From: a virus
Taxonomy: Duplodnaviria; Caudoviricetes
Direction: 5' to 3' (one strand)
Length of the DNA stretch: 54,113 nucleotides
Virus record (IMG/VR): IMGVR_UViG_3300042868_006771
Span: 1 to 54,113 of that record
The notes beneath the pieces are model-generated. The model saw nothing but the letters and a program-made list of their open reading frames with translations. It was not told the DNA's origin and ran no database searches. Shown here piece after piece: positions 18,968 through 28,956 of the stretch (its first letter is position 1; each line of letters begins with the position of its first letter). The position numbers and the translations under genes are program-made.

Positions 18968-19860
18968 AATTAACCGAACTGGCCACACCAAAAAAGAGCC
19001 GCCAAGTAGCCCAAGTATTTGAAAGTTACTTTGGTACCAAGATGCCTGTGAACCGACTCACAATGCGAGAAGCACATACCATGCTCAAACGTGTGCGTGG
19101 TGTGATTGCTGAACATCAGCGTAGCCCCAGCCGTCATACCAGTGAGCGCAACCCTGCTTACTTGAAACTTGTGATGATGGAACAAGCATTGACCAGTCGC
19201 ATCCGGGAAGAACAAGTTCCCATACAGCCTACTACTTCTAGCAGTGCCCCTACTACCGCTGCTACGACATCCAGTGTTAAGCCCGCAGTGGATGTCAAGG
19301 ATCCCAAATTGGCAGCAGCAATAAAGAAAAGTACAACTGGCCAAAATCTCACACCTGACGAACAAAAAATGGTTGCTGGTGCTGCGTTGATGACTGCCGA
19401 AAGCCGTTTGCGTAGAGCCTACAGCATGTTGAAAGAATCTGAAGTTCAGCAAGCACAAGTTGTGTTGGCTGCACAAGACATGGTAGACAAAATGCAATCA
19501 ATGTTGGAAGACACCACAGAGATGCAATTCAAAGAACTGCCTGCTCTAGTAGATTCAATCCGCAATCAAATTGGCATGGAACAAGCCACACAATTCAACA
19601 GTGATGTCACTGGTGCATTACAAGGTCTTGTGCAAAACTTACAAGGTGCCAAACAACAACTGGAAACCGCACTGGGTGTGGTCACAGGACAACCAGCTGC
19701 ACTAGACACCAGCATGGCTGCCAGTGGCATGCCAGGCGCAGTACCTCCACCAATGCCTGGTGCTGAGATGGGTGCAGATATAGGTGCAGATATAGGTGCT
19801 GAAATGGATGCTGAAGAACCTGCACCAGCAGGAGCCGCACTGGGCCGAGCACGTAGATAA
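18964..19860 (+). CDS. putative head core/scaffold-like protein
   Basis: MKLTEL N-terminus, internal (L/I)xE sites, acidic low-complexity tail ending LGRARR. Confidence 0.5.
   Translation: MKLTELATPKKSRQVAQVFESYFGTKMPVNRLTMREAHTMLKRVRGVIAEHQRSPSRHTSERNPAYLKLVMMEQALTSRIREEQVPIQPTTSSSAPTTAATTSSVKPAVDVKDPKLAAAIKKSTTGQNLTPDEQKMVAGAALMTAESRLRRAYSMLKESEVQQAQVVLAAQDMVDKMQSMLEDTTEMQFKELPALVDSIRNQIGMEQATQFNSDVTGALQGLVQNLQGAKQQLETALGVVTGQPAALDTSMAASGMPGAVPPPMPGAEMGADIGADIGAEMDAEEPAPAGAALGRARR
19759..19806 (+). repeat. in-frame 12-nt tandem repeat x4
   Basis: GAEM-GADI-GADI-GAEM. Confidence 0.85.
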
Positions 19861-20216
19861 TGAGAATCGACGAAGTCGAATCCGGGGGTGCACCAGATCC
19901 AAAAAAATTATTGGGTCTAGTGAACTTTCTTTCTGGCCGGGCCGATGACGAAAACGCACAAAAACAGATCAGCACCGATGCATTTATTTCTGCTGCTCGT
20001 AGTTTAGGATTTCCAGTTAATGAAAAAAACATTGTGAGCATTGTGAGTCAGCCTCCTTTGGACAGTGTGCTGGAACCCATGGATTCCCAAAATCCCCGAA
20101 TAATCCGATACAAAGGTTCAGCACCTGAAGGACCCACCAAAATGCCAGTAAACAAAGCACAAGACATTGTGGCTGCCTCAGCCAAATCAGCTGCTGCCAA
20201 AGACCGCGGCTTGTAA
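19860..20216 (+). CDS. hypothetical protein (possible head protein)
   Basis: MRIDEV N-terminus. Confidence 0.6.
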   Translation: MRIDEVESGGAPDPKKLLGLVNFLSGRADDENAQKQISTDAFISAARSLGFPVNEKNIVSIVSQPPLDSVLEPMDSQNPRIIRYKGSAPEGPTKMPVNKAQDIVAASAKSAAAKDRGL

Positions 20217-20225
20217 CCAATCTAA

Positions 20226-20254
20226 TTGACAAACATCAGTAAATACGCTATAAT
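20226..20254 (+). promoter_or_regulatory. consensus sigma70 promoter with embedded TAAATA
   Basis: TTGACA-17nt-TATAAT; TAAATA at 20240-20245. Confidence 0.8.
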
Positions 20255-20271
20255 CAGCGAAGGAATATCAC

Positions 20272-20655
20272 ATGGCCTATTCAGAAAAAGTAATTGATCA
20301 CTATGAAAATCCACGTAATGTGGGCAAGTTTGAAATAGACGATAGCATTGGCACAGGCATGGTAGGAGCACCTGCTTGTGGTGATGTGATGAAATTGCAA
20401 ATCAAAGTTCAAGATGGAATTATAACAGATGCCAGGTTCAAAACATACGGATGCGGCAGTGCGATTGCCTCATCCTCTCTTGTTACCGAGTGGGTTAAAG
20501 GACGAACGCTTGACCAAGCGGCATCTCTTAAAAATTCAGAGATTGCTCAGGAACTCGCATTGCCACCAGTCAAGATTCATTGTTCTATTCTTGCTGAAGA
20601 TGCAATACGAGCAGCCGTAGAGGACTATCGTAAAAAGCATGATCTCACTCACTGA
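20272..20655 (+). CDS. iscU: Fe-S cluster scaffold IscU
   Basis: MAYSEKVIDHYENPRNVG, GAPACGD, GCGSAIAS, LPPVKIHC. Confidence 0.97.
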   Translation: MAYSEKVIDHYENPRNVGKFEIDDSIGTGMVGAPACGDVMKLQIKVQDGIITDARFKTYGCGSAIASSSLVTEWVKGRTLDQAASLKNSEIAQELALPPVKIHCSILAEDAIRAAVEDYRKKHDLTH

Positions 20656-20962
20656 CACTGCTAAAAACAAAGTACAAAAACTAGTTGAACTCAAAGGCTA
20701 TGCTGGCATACGCCTGGCAGTAAAAACCACAGGTTGCTCAGGGCTTGCTTATGTGCTAGAATATGTAAAACAATATGAGCCCGACCCCAGCACTATAAAT
20801 TATGCTCAGAACAATTTCTGTGTGCTGGTTGACAAAAAACATGATGTGTATTTGTCGGGCACACAAGTAGACTATGTACGCCAAGGCCTTAATGAAGGCT
20901 TTGAATTCACCAACCCCAATGAACGTGACCGCTGTGGTTGCGGAGAAAGTTTTAGAGTTTAA
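20639..20962 (+). CDS. iscA: Fe-S assembly A-type carrier IscA
   Basis: TTGCSGLAY, F.F.NPN...CGCGESF. Confidence 0.95.
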   Translation: MISLTDTAKNKVQKLVELKGYAGIRLAVKTTGCSGLAYVLEYVKQYEPDPSTINYAQNNFCVLVDKKHDVYLSGTQVDYVRQGLNEGFEFTNPNERDRCGCGESFRV

Positions 20963-20963
20963 T

Positions 20964-21680
20964 TTGTTAAACCCCCGATTTGATTACCAACCAGTTCCTC
21001 GTGTGACCATCGAAGGCAAGAGATATTATTCCACACCCGATGGCAACAAGTTACCCAGTGTAACAACCATACTTGACAAAACCAAAAGCGAGGAAAGCAA
21101 ACGGGCCTTGCAAAACTGGCGAGCCAGGGTAGGTACGGAACAAGCACAAGCCATCACAACAGAAGCAGCTAACCGTGGCACCCGCATGCACACTTACCTT
21201 GAACAGTATGTTCGAGATGGGGTGATCAAAGACCGTGGCACAAATCCATTCTCCTGGGCAAGCCATGCCATGGCACACAAAGTTGTAGAACACGGCCTAA
21301 AGAATGTAAGTGAATTCTGGGGCATCGAAGTTCCGCTGTATTTCCCCCAGGTGTATGCAGGTACTACAGATGGTGCGGGTATACACTTGAATGAAGAAAC
21401 CATCTTGGACTACAAACAAACCAACAAGCCCAAAAAGCGTGAATGGATTGACGATTACTTTGTGCAGTTGTGCGCCTACGCAGAAGCACACAACGAATTG
21501 CACGGCACAAAAATCCGAAAAGGTGTAGTTTTGATGTGTGTGAAACCTCAGCTAGACGAACAAATGAACATGCTCACACAGCCCGAATACCAAGAATTTG
21601 TGCTGGAAGGCAGCGAGTTTGACCGGTACCGGGACCTATGGTGGAAAAAGGTTGAACAGTATTACTTGCTAAATATGTGA
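20964..21680 (+). CDS. PD-(D/E)xK exonuclease
   Basis: LPSVTTIL, RGT.MH, E..LY, YAGTTD, LDYKQ, QLCAY; probable TTG start. Confidence 0.8.
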   Translation: MLNPRFDYQPVPRVTIEGKRYYSTPDGNKLPSVTTILDKTKSEESKRALQNWRARVGTEQAQAITTEAANRGTRMHTYLEQYVRDGVIKDRGTNPFSWASHAMAHKVVEHGLKNVSEFWGIEVPLYFPQVYAGTTDGAGIHLNEETILDYKQTNKPKKREWIDDYFVQLCAYAEAHNELHGTKIRKGVVLMCVKPQLDEQMNMLTQPEYQEFVLEGSEFDRYRDLWWKKVEQYYLLNM

Positions 21681-21699
21681 TACCCGAAGGAATCACACT

Positions 21700-23445
21700 G
21701 TGGCAATTGTACAAATATCACGAATCACCGCCCGCAAGGGTTTGCAAGTAGATTTACCCCAACCCTTGGCTGGTGCTGAACTGGGCTGGGCAGTGGATGA
21801 CCGTAGACTGTTCATTGGCAACGGCACACTGGAAGAAGGTGCTCCTGCAGTGGGCAACACTGAAATTCTCACAGAATATTCAGATATATTAGGTTTTGCT
21901 GACCAGTACACCTACCAAGGTGAAGCAGCCGGATACACCGTACAAACTGGTGCCACACCCAGCACACCTATTTCACAAAGCATACAAAGCAGGCTGGACA
22001 GTTATGCTGTGGTCACAGATTTTGGTGCCGTGGGCGATGGATCCACCGACGACACTGACGCTATCAATCGTGCGTTGTTCCAACTGTATTGTGTGCAAAA
22101 CAACACACAGGTGCGTAGAAGTTTGTTTTTCCCTGCTGGCACCTACATTGTTACAGACAGTGTTGTAATACCTAGTTTTGCCAGGCTGTATGGTGAAGGG
22201 GCCAACAGTAGCATAATCAGTTTCAACGTACAAAACTGGGCAGCCAATACTGCCTATGCTCAAGGAGTGCTGGTATATTATGTGACAAATGGCCTGTACT
22301 ATCGCAGCATAGCACCAGTACCTGTGGGGCTGGTCGGATTTCCGCCAGCATTGACTCTTTACTGGGCAGCGGAAGCATTGCCTAGTTATATTGCACAAAC
22401 TGCTGATGCACAAGGTAACACTGGAGTCAACATTCTCACAGCACCACAAAATATTGAAGTTACAGGCATGGCTTTTGAAACCAACCAACTCAACACAGGT
22501 ATCTTGATTGAGAAAGCCAAGAACTGCTCGTTCAACAATGTTGATGTGTTTGGGCCATTGACCACTGCTGACCTCACAACCGCAATTGACAATACCAAGG
22601 CCATTGACTGGAGCAGCACTTCTAGTTTGCCCTGCTCACAAATTGTGTTTGACAATTGTAGATTTTCAGGCTTTACCTATGCCGTCAACACAGCACAACA
22701 AATCAACGGTGCAGTGATCAGTAATGGACAATTTGATACCTTGTATCAAGGTGTGATCTTGGGTGGTGTGACACCGGTCAACGGTGGAGCCACTGGTGTG
22801 CGTGTGATGCACAATGTGTTTGACGATATCTATGAAGAAGGTATCTACATCAATGGTGTGAGTTTGAACGCTTCGGGATACAACATCTTTTATGATGTGG
22901 GCAACCACTTCAACAGCACCACCAGTCCTGCAGCACCTGTGATCACAATTGATGCCATCAACAATGTCAGCATTGGCGATATGTTTCAGCGTACCACTGC
23001 CTACAGCAGCACCTATCCTAGAATCAAAATCTATGCCACTGCCACTGCCACCATACCTGCCAGCATAGGCATAGACAGTGCAGCTCAGATACAAATGGGC
23101 AGTTTCATTAGAGAAACTGGACAACAGGCCACAATCACAGCCGGTGCCACCAATACCACATTGTTCACAGTGAGCACTACATTTATCAAAGCATTCAAAA
23201 TGGATTATACTATAATTGTGGAAACCAGTGCTAGAACCGGCACCATGACCATTGCCAATGATGCTGATGACTCAGCTGGTGATGGACTTAGTTACACTGA
23301 TGACTATGTGGAAAATTCCACTACCGGTGTCACACTCAATGTCACAGATGTTGGTGGAACAGTCACAGTTTCTTATGCGTCTGATTCCGGCAGGGCCGCT
23401 GGTACTATGTATTACAGTCTGACACACCTGGGCCGTAGCTATTAA
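21700..23445 (+). CDS. tail fibre/spike protein with pectate-lyase-like beta-helix
   Basis: ISRI..RKG...L..AELGW.VD.RRLFIG head; DFGAVGDGSTDDT.AINRA...FFPAGTY. Confidence 0.75.
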   Translation: MAIVQISRITARKGLQVDLPQPLAGAELGWAVDDRRLFIGNGTLEEGAPAVGNTEILTEYSDILGFADQYTYQGEAAGYTVQTGATPSTPISQSIQSRLDSYAVVTDFGAVGDGSTDDTDAINRALFQLYCVQNNTQVRRSLFFPAGTYIVTDSVVIPSFARLYGEGANSSIISFNVQNWAANTAYAQGVLVYYVTNGLYYRSIAPVPVGLVGFPPALTLYWAAEALPSYIAQTADAQGNTGVNILTAPQNIEVTGMAFETNQLNTGILIEKAKNCSFNNVDVFGPLTTADLTTAIDNTKAIDWSSTSSLPCSQIVFDNCRFSGFTYAVNTAQQINGAVISNGQFDTLYQGVILGGVTPVNGGATGVRVMHNVFDDIYEEGIYINGVSLNASGYNIFYDVGNHFNSTTSPAAPVITIDAINNVSIGDMFQRTTAYSSTYPRIKIYATATATIPASIGIDSAAQIQMGSFIRETGQQATITAGATNTTLFTVSTTFIKAFKMDYTIIVETSARTGTMTIANDADDSAGDGLSYTDDYVENSTTGVTLNVTDVGGTVTVSYASDSGRAAGTMYYSLTHLGRSY

Positions 23446-23450
23446 AAACA

Positions 23451-23876
23451 ATGTGGCCTAGAGACTTCAGTGAGCGGCTGGAGAGTTGGGCACAGTTAAG
23501 ACAGCAATGTTGTCAACTGGACTCAGAGCCTGCTTTGATCAAAATCAATTCTTGGTGGTTCCAAACTCCTTGGACCGCCTATCATTTGCACTGGGATGAC
23601 CAACAGGATTGGCCCGATCCTTGGCAGTTGTTGAGTGATAACCAGTACTGTCCGGTTGCAAGAGGCTTGGGAATCATGTATACTATAGCTATGTTAGACC
23701 GTGAAGACCTGCAAGATTGCCAGATGATTGAGTATCAAAGCGACAATTTAGTCCTGGTCAACAAAGAGAAATATATACTGAATTGGGATCCTGATCAAGT
23801 CGTAAATATCAGCCTGGGGCGGTCAAAACCCCGGCGGCAAGTCAGTCAAGAACAAGTAAAACAAAAAATTCGTTAG
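23451..23876 (+). CDS. hypothetical protein
   Basis: 141-aa Trp-rich ORF. Confidence 0.7.
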   Translation: MWPRDFSERLESWAQLRQQCCQLDSEPALIKINSWWFQTPWTAYHLHWDDQQDWPDPWQLLSDNQYCPVARGLGIMYTIAMLDREDLQDCQMIEYQSDNLVLVNKEKYILNWDPDQVVNISLGRSKPRRQVSQEQVKQKIR

Positions 23877-23882
23877 GATAAA

Positions 23883-26204
23883 ATGAAAAGCATCACAGTT
23901 GTAAAGCGCAGTGGGCATAGAGAACCGCTCGCCTTGGAAAAATGGCAAACCCAAATTGCCAAAGTATGTGCAGGCATAGCAGACGTTAGCCAAAGCATGG
24001 TAGAGATCAAAGCACAGTTGCACTTTTATGACGGTATTACCACCAAAGAAATTGACGGTATCACCTTACGTGCCATTGTGGATCTAATTGACGTGGAGTC
24101 CAACCCTGATGTTGGGCACACCAACTATCAGTACGTGGCAGGCAAGCAACGACTCAGCATGCTACGCAAAGATGTATACGGTTCCTACGATCCTCCCCAC
24201 TTGTATGAGATCGTGAAGACCAACGTGGCCACTGGCCTGTACACTCCCGAACTCCTAGAATGGTACTCAGAGGACGACTGGAACCGTATGCATGACATGA
24301 TTGATCATGCCAAAGATGAATCATACAGTTATGCCGCAGTAGAACAACTGATCGAAAAATATCTAGTAAAGAATCGTAGCACAGGACAAACATATGAAAC
24401 TCCGCAAGTTAGATACATGGTGGCTGCTGCCACTGTATTCCATAAAGAAGAGCCTAACACAGCTCGCATGCGCTATATCAAAGAATACTACACAGCAGCC
24501 AGCGACGGACTCTTCACTCTGGCCACACCTGTGCTGGCTGGGCTTGGTACTCCTACTAAGCAGTTTAGCAGTTGTGTTCTTATTAGATCAGACGATGACT
24601 TGGATAGTATATTTGCCAGCGGTGAGATGATGGCCAAGTATGCCAGCAAACGTGCTGGCATTGGCCTAGAGATTGGGCGACTACGCCCATTGGGTTCACC
24701 AATTCGCGGTGGCGAAATCATGCACACCGGCATGATACCTTTCCTTAAGAAATGGTTTGGCGACTTACGCAGTTGCAGTCAAGGTGGTATCCGCAATGCG
24801 TCAGCCACGGTGTTCTATCCCATTTGGCATCTGCAGTTTGATGATCTCATTGTGCTGAAAAACAATCAAGGCACAGAAGAAACTCGTGTGCGACACATGG
24901 ATTATGGTGTTGTGCTGAGTGCATTCTTTTGGAGACGATTCAAGAACAAAGAAAACATCACATTCTTTGACCCCAATCAAGTACCTGACCTTTATGAAGC
25001 ATTTTATCAAGACACCGCTCGCTTTGAAGAACTTTATATCAAATATGAAAAAACGCCCGGCCTCCGTAAGAAAACGATGGCTGCGGAGGAAGTTTTCAAA
25101 AGTGGTATTCTCAAGGAACGAACCGATACTGGACGTATCTATCTAGTGTTCATTGACAATGTCATGGACCAAGGACCATTTGATCCTGAGTACCATACCA
25201 TTTACCAAAGCAATCTCTGCTGTGAAATCCTGTTGCCCACCAAGCCATTCAAACGTCTGGACGATGAGGAAGGTCGTATTGCGCTGTGTACCTTGGGTTC
25301 GATCAACTGGGGTGCGTTCCGCCATCCTGAAGACATGCGCAGAGCCTGTCGTGTACTTCAACGCAGCCTTTGCAACATCTTGGACTACCAAGACTTCTTG
25401 AGTATTCAAAGTCAACTCAGCAATGATGAAATCCAGCCCTTAGGCATTGGTATTACAAATCTGGCTTACTGGCACGCCAAACGTGGACTAGAGTATGGCG
25501 AAAAGGATGCCTTGGCAGAAGTTAAGTCATGGATGGAACATCAAGCCTACTACTTGACCGAAGCCACTGTAGAACTGGCCCGAGAACGTGGTCGTTGCAA
25601 GGATAGCGACAAGACACGGTATGGTCGTGGAGAGTTTCCCTGGGAACGTAGAGCCAAAGGTGTCAACGAACTCACCGACTTCACACCTGATCCTGCGCTA
25701 GACTGGAACACCCTGCGTGGCAACATGCGAGCATACGGTGTGCGCAACGCCACCTTGATGGCAGTGGCGCCTGTGGAGTCTAGCTCAGTTGTTATCAACT
25801 CAACCAATGGCATTGAAATGCCCATGAGTTTGATCTCAGTCAAAGAATCAAAAGCAGGTAGTTTGACACAAGTTGTACCTGAGTACCATAGACTCAAAAA
25901 CAAATATCAAATGATGTGGGCGCAAAAAGATTGTGTGGGCTATTTAAAAACTGCCGCAGTACTAGCAGCATACATTGATCAGTCAATCAGCACCAACACA
26001 TTTTACAATCCTGCACACTTTGCAGACCGCAAAGTACCTACCACATTGATTGCTAAAAATCTAATGCAAGCACATCACTGGGGTATCAAGACATTTTACT
26101 ACAGTCTAATCAACAAGCAAGGTGCTAAAGCTGCCAAGGAAGAAGCACCCTTGGAAGTGATTGACTTTGATGATGTAGAAGACTGTGAAAGTTGCAAATT
26201 ATGA
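23883..26204 (+). CDS. nrdA: ribonucleotide reductase class Ia alpha subunit
   Basis: ATP cone VVKRSG, FSSC, SNLCCEI, KTFYY, C-terminal CESC. Confidence 0.97.
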   Translation: MKSITVVKRSGHREPLALEKWQTQIAKVCAGIADVSQSMVEIKAQLHFYDGITTKEIDGITLRAIVDLIDVESNPDVGHTNYQYVAGKQRLSMLRKDVYGSYDPPHLYEIVKTNVATGLYTPELLEWYSEDDWNRMHDMIDHAKDESYSYAAVEQLIEKYLVKNRSTGQTYETPQVRYMVAAATVFHKEEPNTARMRYIKEYYTAASDGLFTLATPVLAGLGTPTKQFSSCVLIRSDDDLDSIFASGEMMAKYASKRAGIGLEIGRLRPLGSPIRGGEIMHTGMIPFLKKWFGDLRSCSQGGIRNASATVFYPIWHLQFDDLIVLKNNQGTEETRVRHMDYGVVLSAFFWRRFKNKENITFFDPNQVPDLYEAFYQDTARFEELYIKYEKTPGLRKKTMAAEEVFKSGILKERTDTGRIYLVFIDNVMDQGPFDPEYHTIYQSNLCCEILLPTKPFKRLDDEEGRIALCTLGSINWGAFRHPEDMRRACRVLQRSLCNILDYQDFLSIQSQLSNDEIQPLGIGITNLAYWHAKRGLEYGEKDALAEVKSWMEHQAYYLTEATVELARERGRCKDSDKTRYGRGEFPWERRAKGVNELTDFTPDPALDWNTLRGNMRAYGVRNATLMAVAPVESSSVVINSTNGIEMPMSLISVKESKAGSLTQVVPEYHRLKNKYQMMWAQKDCVGYLKTAAVLAAYIDQSISTNTFYNPAHFADRKVPTTLIAKNLMQAHHWGIKTFYYSLINKQGAKAAKEEAPLEVIDFDDVEDCESCKL

Positions 26205-27313
26205 GCCAAGCACAATACAACCTATCAACAAAAACAGACTATTTAAGTCGCAAGATGTTCTTGGACCCAGCAGGCCCTGTTACAATTCAACGCTTTGAAG
26301 AAGTCAAGTACAACAAACTTGTGAAGTTTGAACAAGAGGCACGTGGCTTCTTTTGGATTCCCGAAGAAGTGTCCTTGACCAAAGATGCCAATGACTTCAA
26401 GGAAGCCAGTGACACTGTGAAACATATCTTTACATCAAATCTGTTGCGTCAAACAGCCTTGGATAGTTTGCAAGGTCGTGGTCCTGCACAGGTGTTTACT
26501 CCTGTTGTGAGCATACCTGAACTGGAAGCCTTGATGTACAACTGGAGTTTCTTCGAAACCAACATTCACAGTAGAAGTTACAGTCACATCATTCGCAACA
26601 TCTACAACGTGCCCAAGGAAGTGTTCAACACCATTCACGACACCAAAGAGATTGTGGACATGGCGTCAAGTGTGGGCAAGTACTACGATGAATTGCACAG
26701 AATAAATTGCCATAAAGAACTCAGCAGTGAAATGACAGGTATGGTTCTTGAACAAGAACATATCAAGGCTATCTGGTTGGCACTCAACGCCAGCTATGCA
26801 CTAGAAGCATTCCGCTTCATGGTCAGCTTTGCCACTAGTCTGGCCATGGTTGAGAACCGTATCTTTATTGGCAACGGCAACATCATTAGCCTGATCCTGC
26901 AAGATGAAATCCTGCACAAGGACTGGACTGCTTGGATTATCAATCAGGTTGTGAAAGAAGATCCTCGCTTTGCTGCTGCCAAGGCAGAATGTGAAGCCGA
27001 AGTGTATCAGTTGTACCTGGATGTGATTCGCGAAGAAAAGGCCTGGGCCGACTACTTGTTCAAGCTAGGTCCGGTGATTGGACTCAACGCCAACATTCTC
27101 AAAGACTTTGTGGACTACACAGCAGTGGGCGCACTCAAAGAGATTGGTATCAAGTATCTGGAACCTGCACCACGTAGCACACCCATTCCTTGGTTCATGA
27201 AGCATGTGGACACCAGCAAAAAGCAGACGGCCTTGCAAGAAAATGAGAGTACCAATTATGTTTTGGGAGTTATGTCAGACTCTCTTGACTACGACGAATT
27301 ACCAGATTTATAA
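26201..27313 (+). CDS. nrdB: ribonucleotide reductase class Ia beta subunit
   Basis: FFW.PEE, LDS.QG, ETNIHSRSY (radical Tyr), DEILH. Confidence 0.97.
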   Translation: MSQAQYNLSTKTDYLSRKMFLDPAGPVTIQRFEEVKYNKLVKFEQEARGFFWIPEEVSLTKDANDFKEASDTVKHIFTSNLLRQTALDSLQGRGPAQVFTPVVSIPELEALMYNWSFFETNIHSRSYSHIIRNIYNVPKEVFNTIHDTKEIVDMASSVGKYYDELHRINCHKELSSEMTGMVLEQEHIKAIWLALNASYALEAFRFMVSFATSLAMVENRIFIGNGNIISLILQDEILHKDWTAWIINQVVKEDPRFAAAKAECEAEVYQLYLDVIREEKAWADYLFKLGPVIGLNANILKDFVDYTAVGALKEIGIKYLEPAPRSTPIPWFMKHVDTSKKQTALQENESTNYVLGVMSDSLDYDELPDL

Positions 27314-27323
27314 AAGGAAAAAT

Positions 27324-27551
27324 ATGTATAAACCTAATCCTGCAATACGAGATTCTGAAGACTTCCAGAATATTCGCAACGTGATGAGCAAGTTTGAACG
27401 GATTGAAGAAAAGAATCGCTGCTTGCGAGTGCAATTTTTAGACTGGTTGTCAGTTAAGATGCATGCCTGGGCAGATGGTGTCAAAGCCATGTCGGATCGT
27501 ATTGATTCACCATGCATTATTAAAGTAGAGCCCAAAAGGAAAATAATATGA
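27324..27551 (+). CDS. hypothetical protein
   Basis: RBS AAGGA; 75 aa. Confidence 0.55.
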   Translation: MYKPNPAIRDSEDFQNIRNVMSKFERIEEKNRCLRVQFLDWLSVKMHAWADGVKAMSDRIDSPCIIKVEPKRKII

Positions 27552-27769
27552 AAGCAATAGTATGGTCCAAGGACCAATGCGCCTTCTGCGAACAAGCCAA
27601 AAGCCTGTTGGAAATGAAAGGCATCGAATATGAAGTGCGCAACATCAGTCAAGACTGGACACGTGAACAATTATTAGAGTCAGTACCCACTGCTAGATCA
27701 GTGCCACAAATCTTCTTGGATAAAGAGTATGTGGGCGGATTTCAGGAACTGCGTCAAAGGTTGATGTAA
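27548..27769 (+). CDS. glutaredoxin
   Basis: CAFC, SVPQIF, YVGGF. Confidence 0.92.
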   Translation: MKAIVWSKDQCAFCEQAKSLLEMKGIEYEVRNISQDWTREQLLESVPTARSVPQIFLDKEYVGGFQELRQRLM

Positions 27770-28374
27770 TGCCACAATTCTCATCTGACTGGTTCAGCAA
27801 TGCACTGGTCAATTTTGATTATATCACCAACTACTTACAAAAACAAAAAACAGTTGATAGCATATTAGAAATAGGCAGCCATGAAGGTCGTAGCACCTGC
27901 TGGATGTTGGAAAACATGCTGTCAGACACAGGCACAATTACCTGTATAGATCCATTTGCTGATCGCCCTGTCACAGCATTCAGTAGTGATTCAATACCTG
28001 AGGATCGTTCAATCGAACAAATCTTCCGTGCCAACACAGCAGAAGTCAAGAAGCCAGAACAAAAATTAGAAGTCCATGCCAACATGAGTTTTCCTGCACT
28101 GGCACAACTGATTGTGGATCAACGTCAATACGACTTCGTCTATGTTGATGGCAGTCACAATGCAGATGATGCCTTGGCTGATGCTGTGATGTGCTTTGGA
28201 TTGTTGCGCCCAGGTGGCGTGATGTTGTTTGATGACTATCTCTGGGAAGATGACCAACATTACCTGGGTCGTTGTAAGCAAAGTATTGATGCCTTTGTGA
28301 ATATGTTTTATCACAGGCTCAAGTTGGGCCTGGTAAATTATCAGTTGGCAATAGTTAAAAAGGAACTAGAATGA
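27769..28374 (+). CDS. class I SAM-dependent methyltransferase (Methyltransf_24-like)
   Basis: LEIGSHEGRS, YVDGSH, LRPGG...DDY. Confidence 0.85.
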   Translation: MPQFSSDWFSNALVNFDYITNYLQKQKTVDSILEIGSHEGRSTCWMLENMLSDTGTITCIDPFADRPVTAFSSDSIPEDRSIEQIFRANTAEVKKPEQKLEVHANMSFPALAQLIVDQRQYDFVYVDGSHNADDALADAVMCFGLLRPGGVMLFDDYLWEDDQHYLGRCKQSIDAFVNMFYHRLKLGLVNYQLAIVKKELE

Positions 28375-28670
28375 GCGTCGAAATAGGAAAAACATACACC
28401 ATGCGCATGGGCTATGGTGAAGAAATTGTGGCAAAAATCACAGCATTAGACAGCAGTACTTACACCATCAGCAAACCTGTGGCAGTGGTGCCCGGACAGC
28501 AGGGCATACAATTGATGAACTCATTGTTCACCGCAGATCCTGAGGCAGAAGTCACGGTAAATATATCTAGCGTGGCCATGATCGCTCCTGTGCGTGAAGA
28601 CGTTGGGGACAGTTATTTGGAAGCCACAACAGGCATCAAGCCTGTGCGCAGTAAAATCTTAATGGGATAA
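28371..28670 (+). CDS. hypothetical protein
   Basis: coupled ORF. Confidence 0.7.
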   Translation: MSVEIGKTYTMRMGYGEEIVAKITALDSSTYTISKPVAVVPGQQGIQLMNSLFTADPEAEVTVNISSVAMIAPVREDVGDSYLEATTGIKPVRSKILMG

Positions 28671-28671
28671 C

Positions 28672-28956
28672 ATGCCAGCAGTACAACGACAAGGTGATCC
28701 AAACAGTTCAGGAGGCATCAACACCTCAGGAGTGGCATCTGTGCGAGTAAACGGTCGTCCCATTGTTGTGCCTGGCATATCAGTAACACCACATCCCTGT
28801 TGTGGACAAGATGGATGTGGCATACATTGTAGTGCAATCACCACCGGGGGGTCCGGCTCAGTGCGTGCTGGCAACCGCTCTGTGATCCGCGATGGTGATA
28901 GTGACACCTGTGGACATCCACGCACAGCAGGATCTGCTTCCGTGAGGGCAGCATAA
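28672..28956 (+). CDS. PAAR-repeat baseplate spike tip (gp5.4-like)
   Basis: MPAVQRQGD, V.VNGRP, H/C Zn ligands, RDGD...CGH. Confidence 0.85.
   Translation: MPAVQRQGDPNSSGGINTSGVASVRVNGRPIVVPGISVTPHPCCGQDGCGIHCSAITTGGSGSVRAGNRSVIRDGDSDTCGHPRTAGSASVRAA

Noticed and set aside
19759-19806. Regulatory or contingency repeat
   Set aside because: It is an in-frame 12-nt repeat in a low-complexity protein tail; a length change would not shift the frame
20964-21680. Cas4 / CRISPR system
   Set aside because: It is a PD-(D/E)xK nuclease without the four-Cys Fe-S motif, and I saw no repeat-spacer array or other cas genes in the window
23883-27313. Introns or inteins in nrdA/nrdB
   Set aside because: Both ORFs are continuous and of normal length
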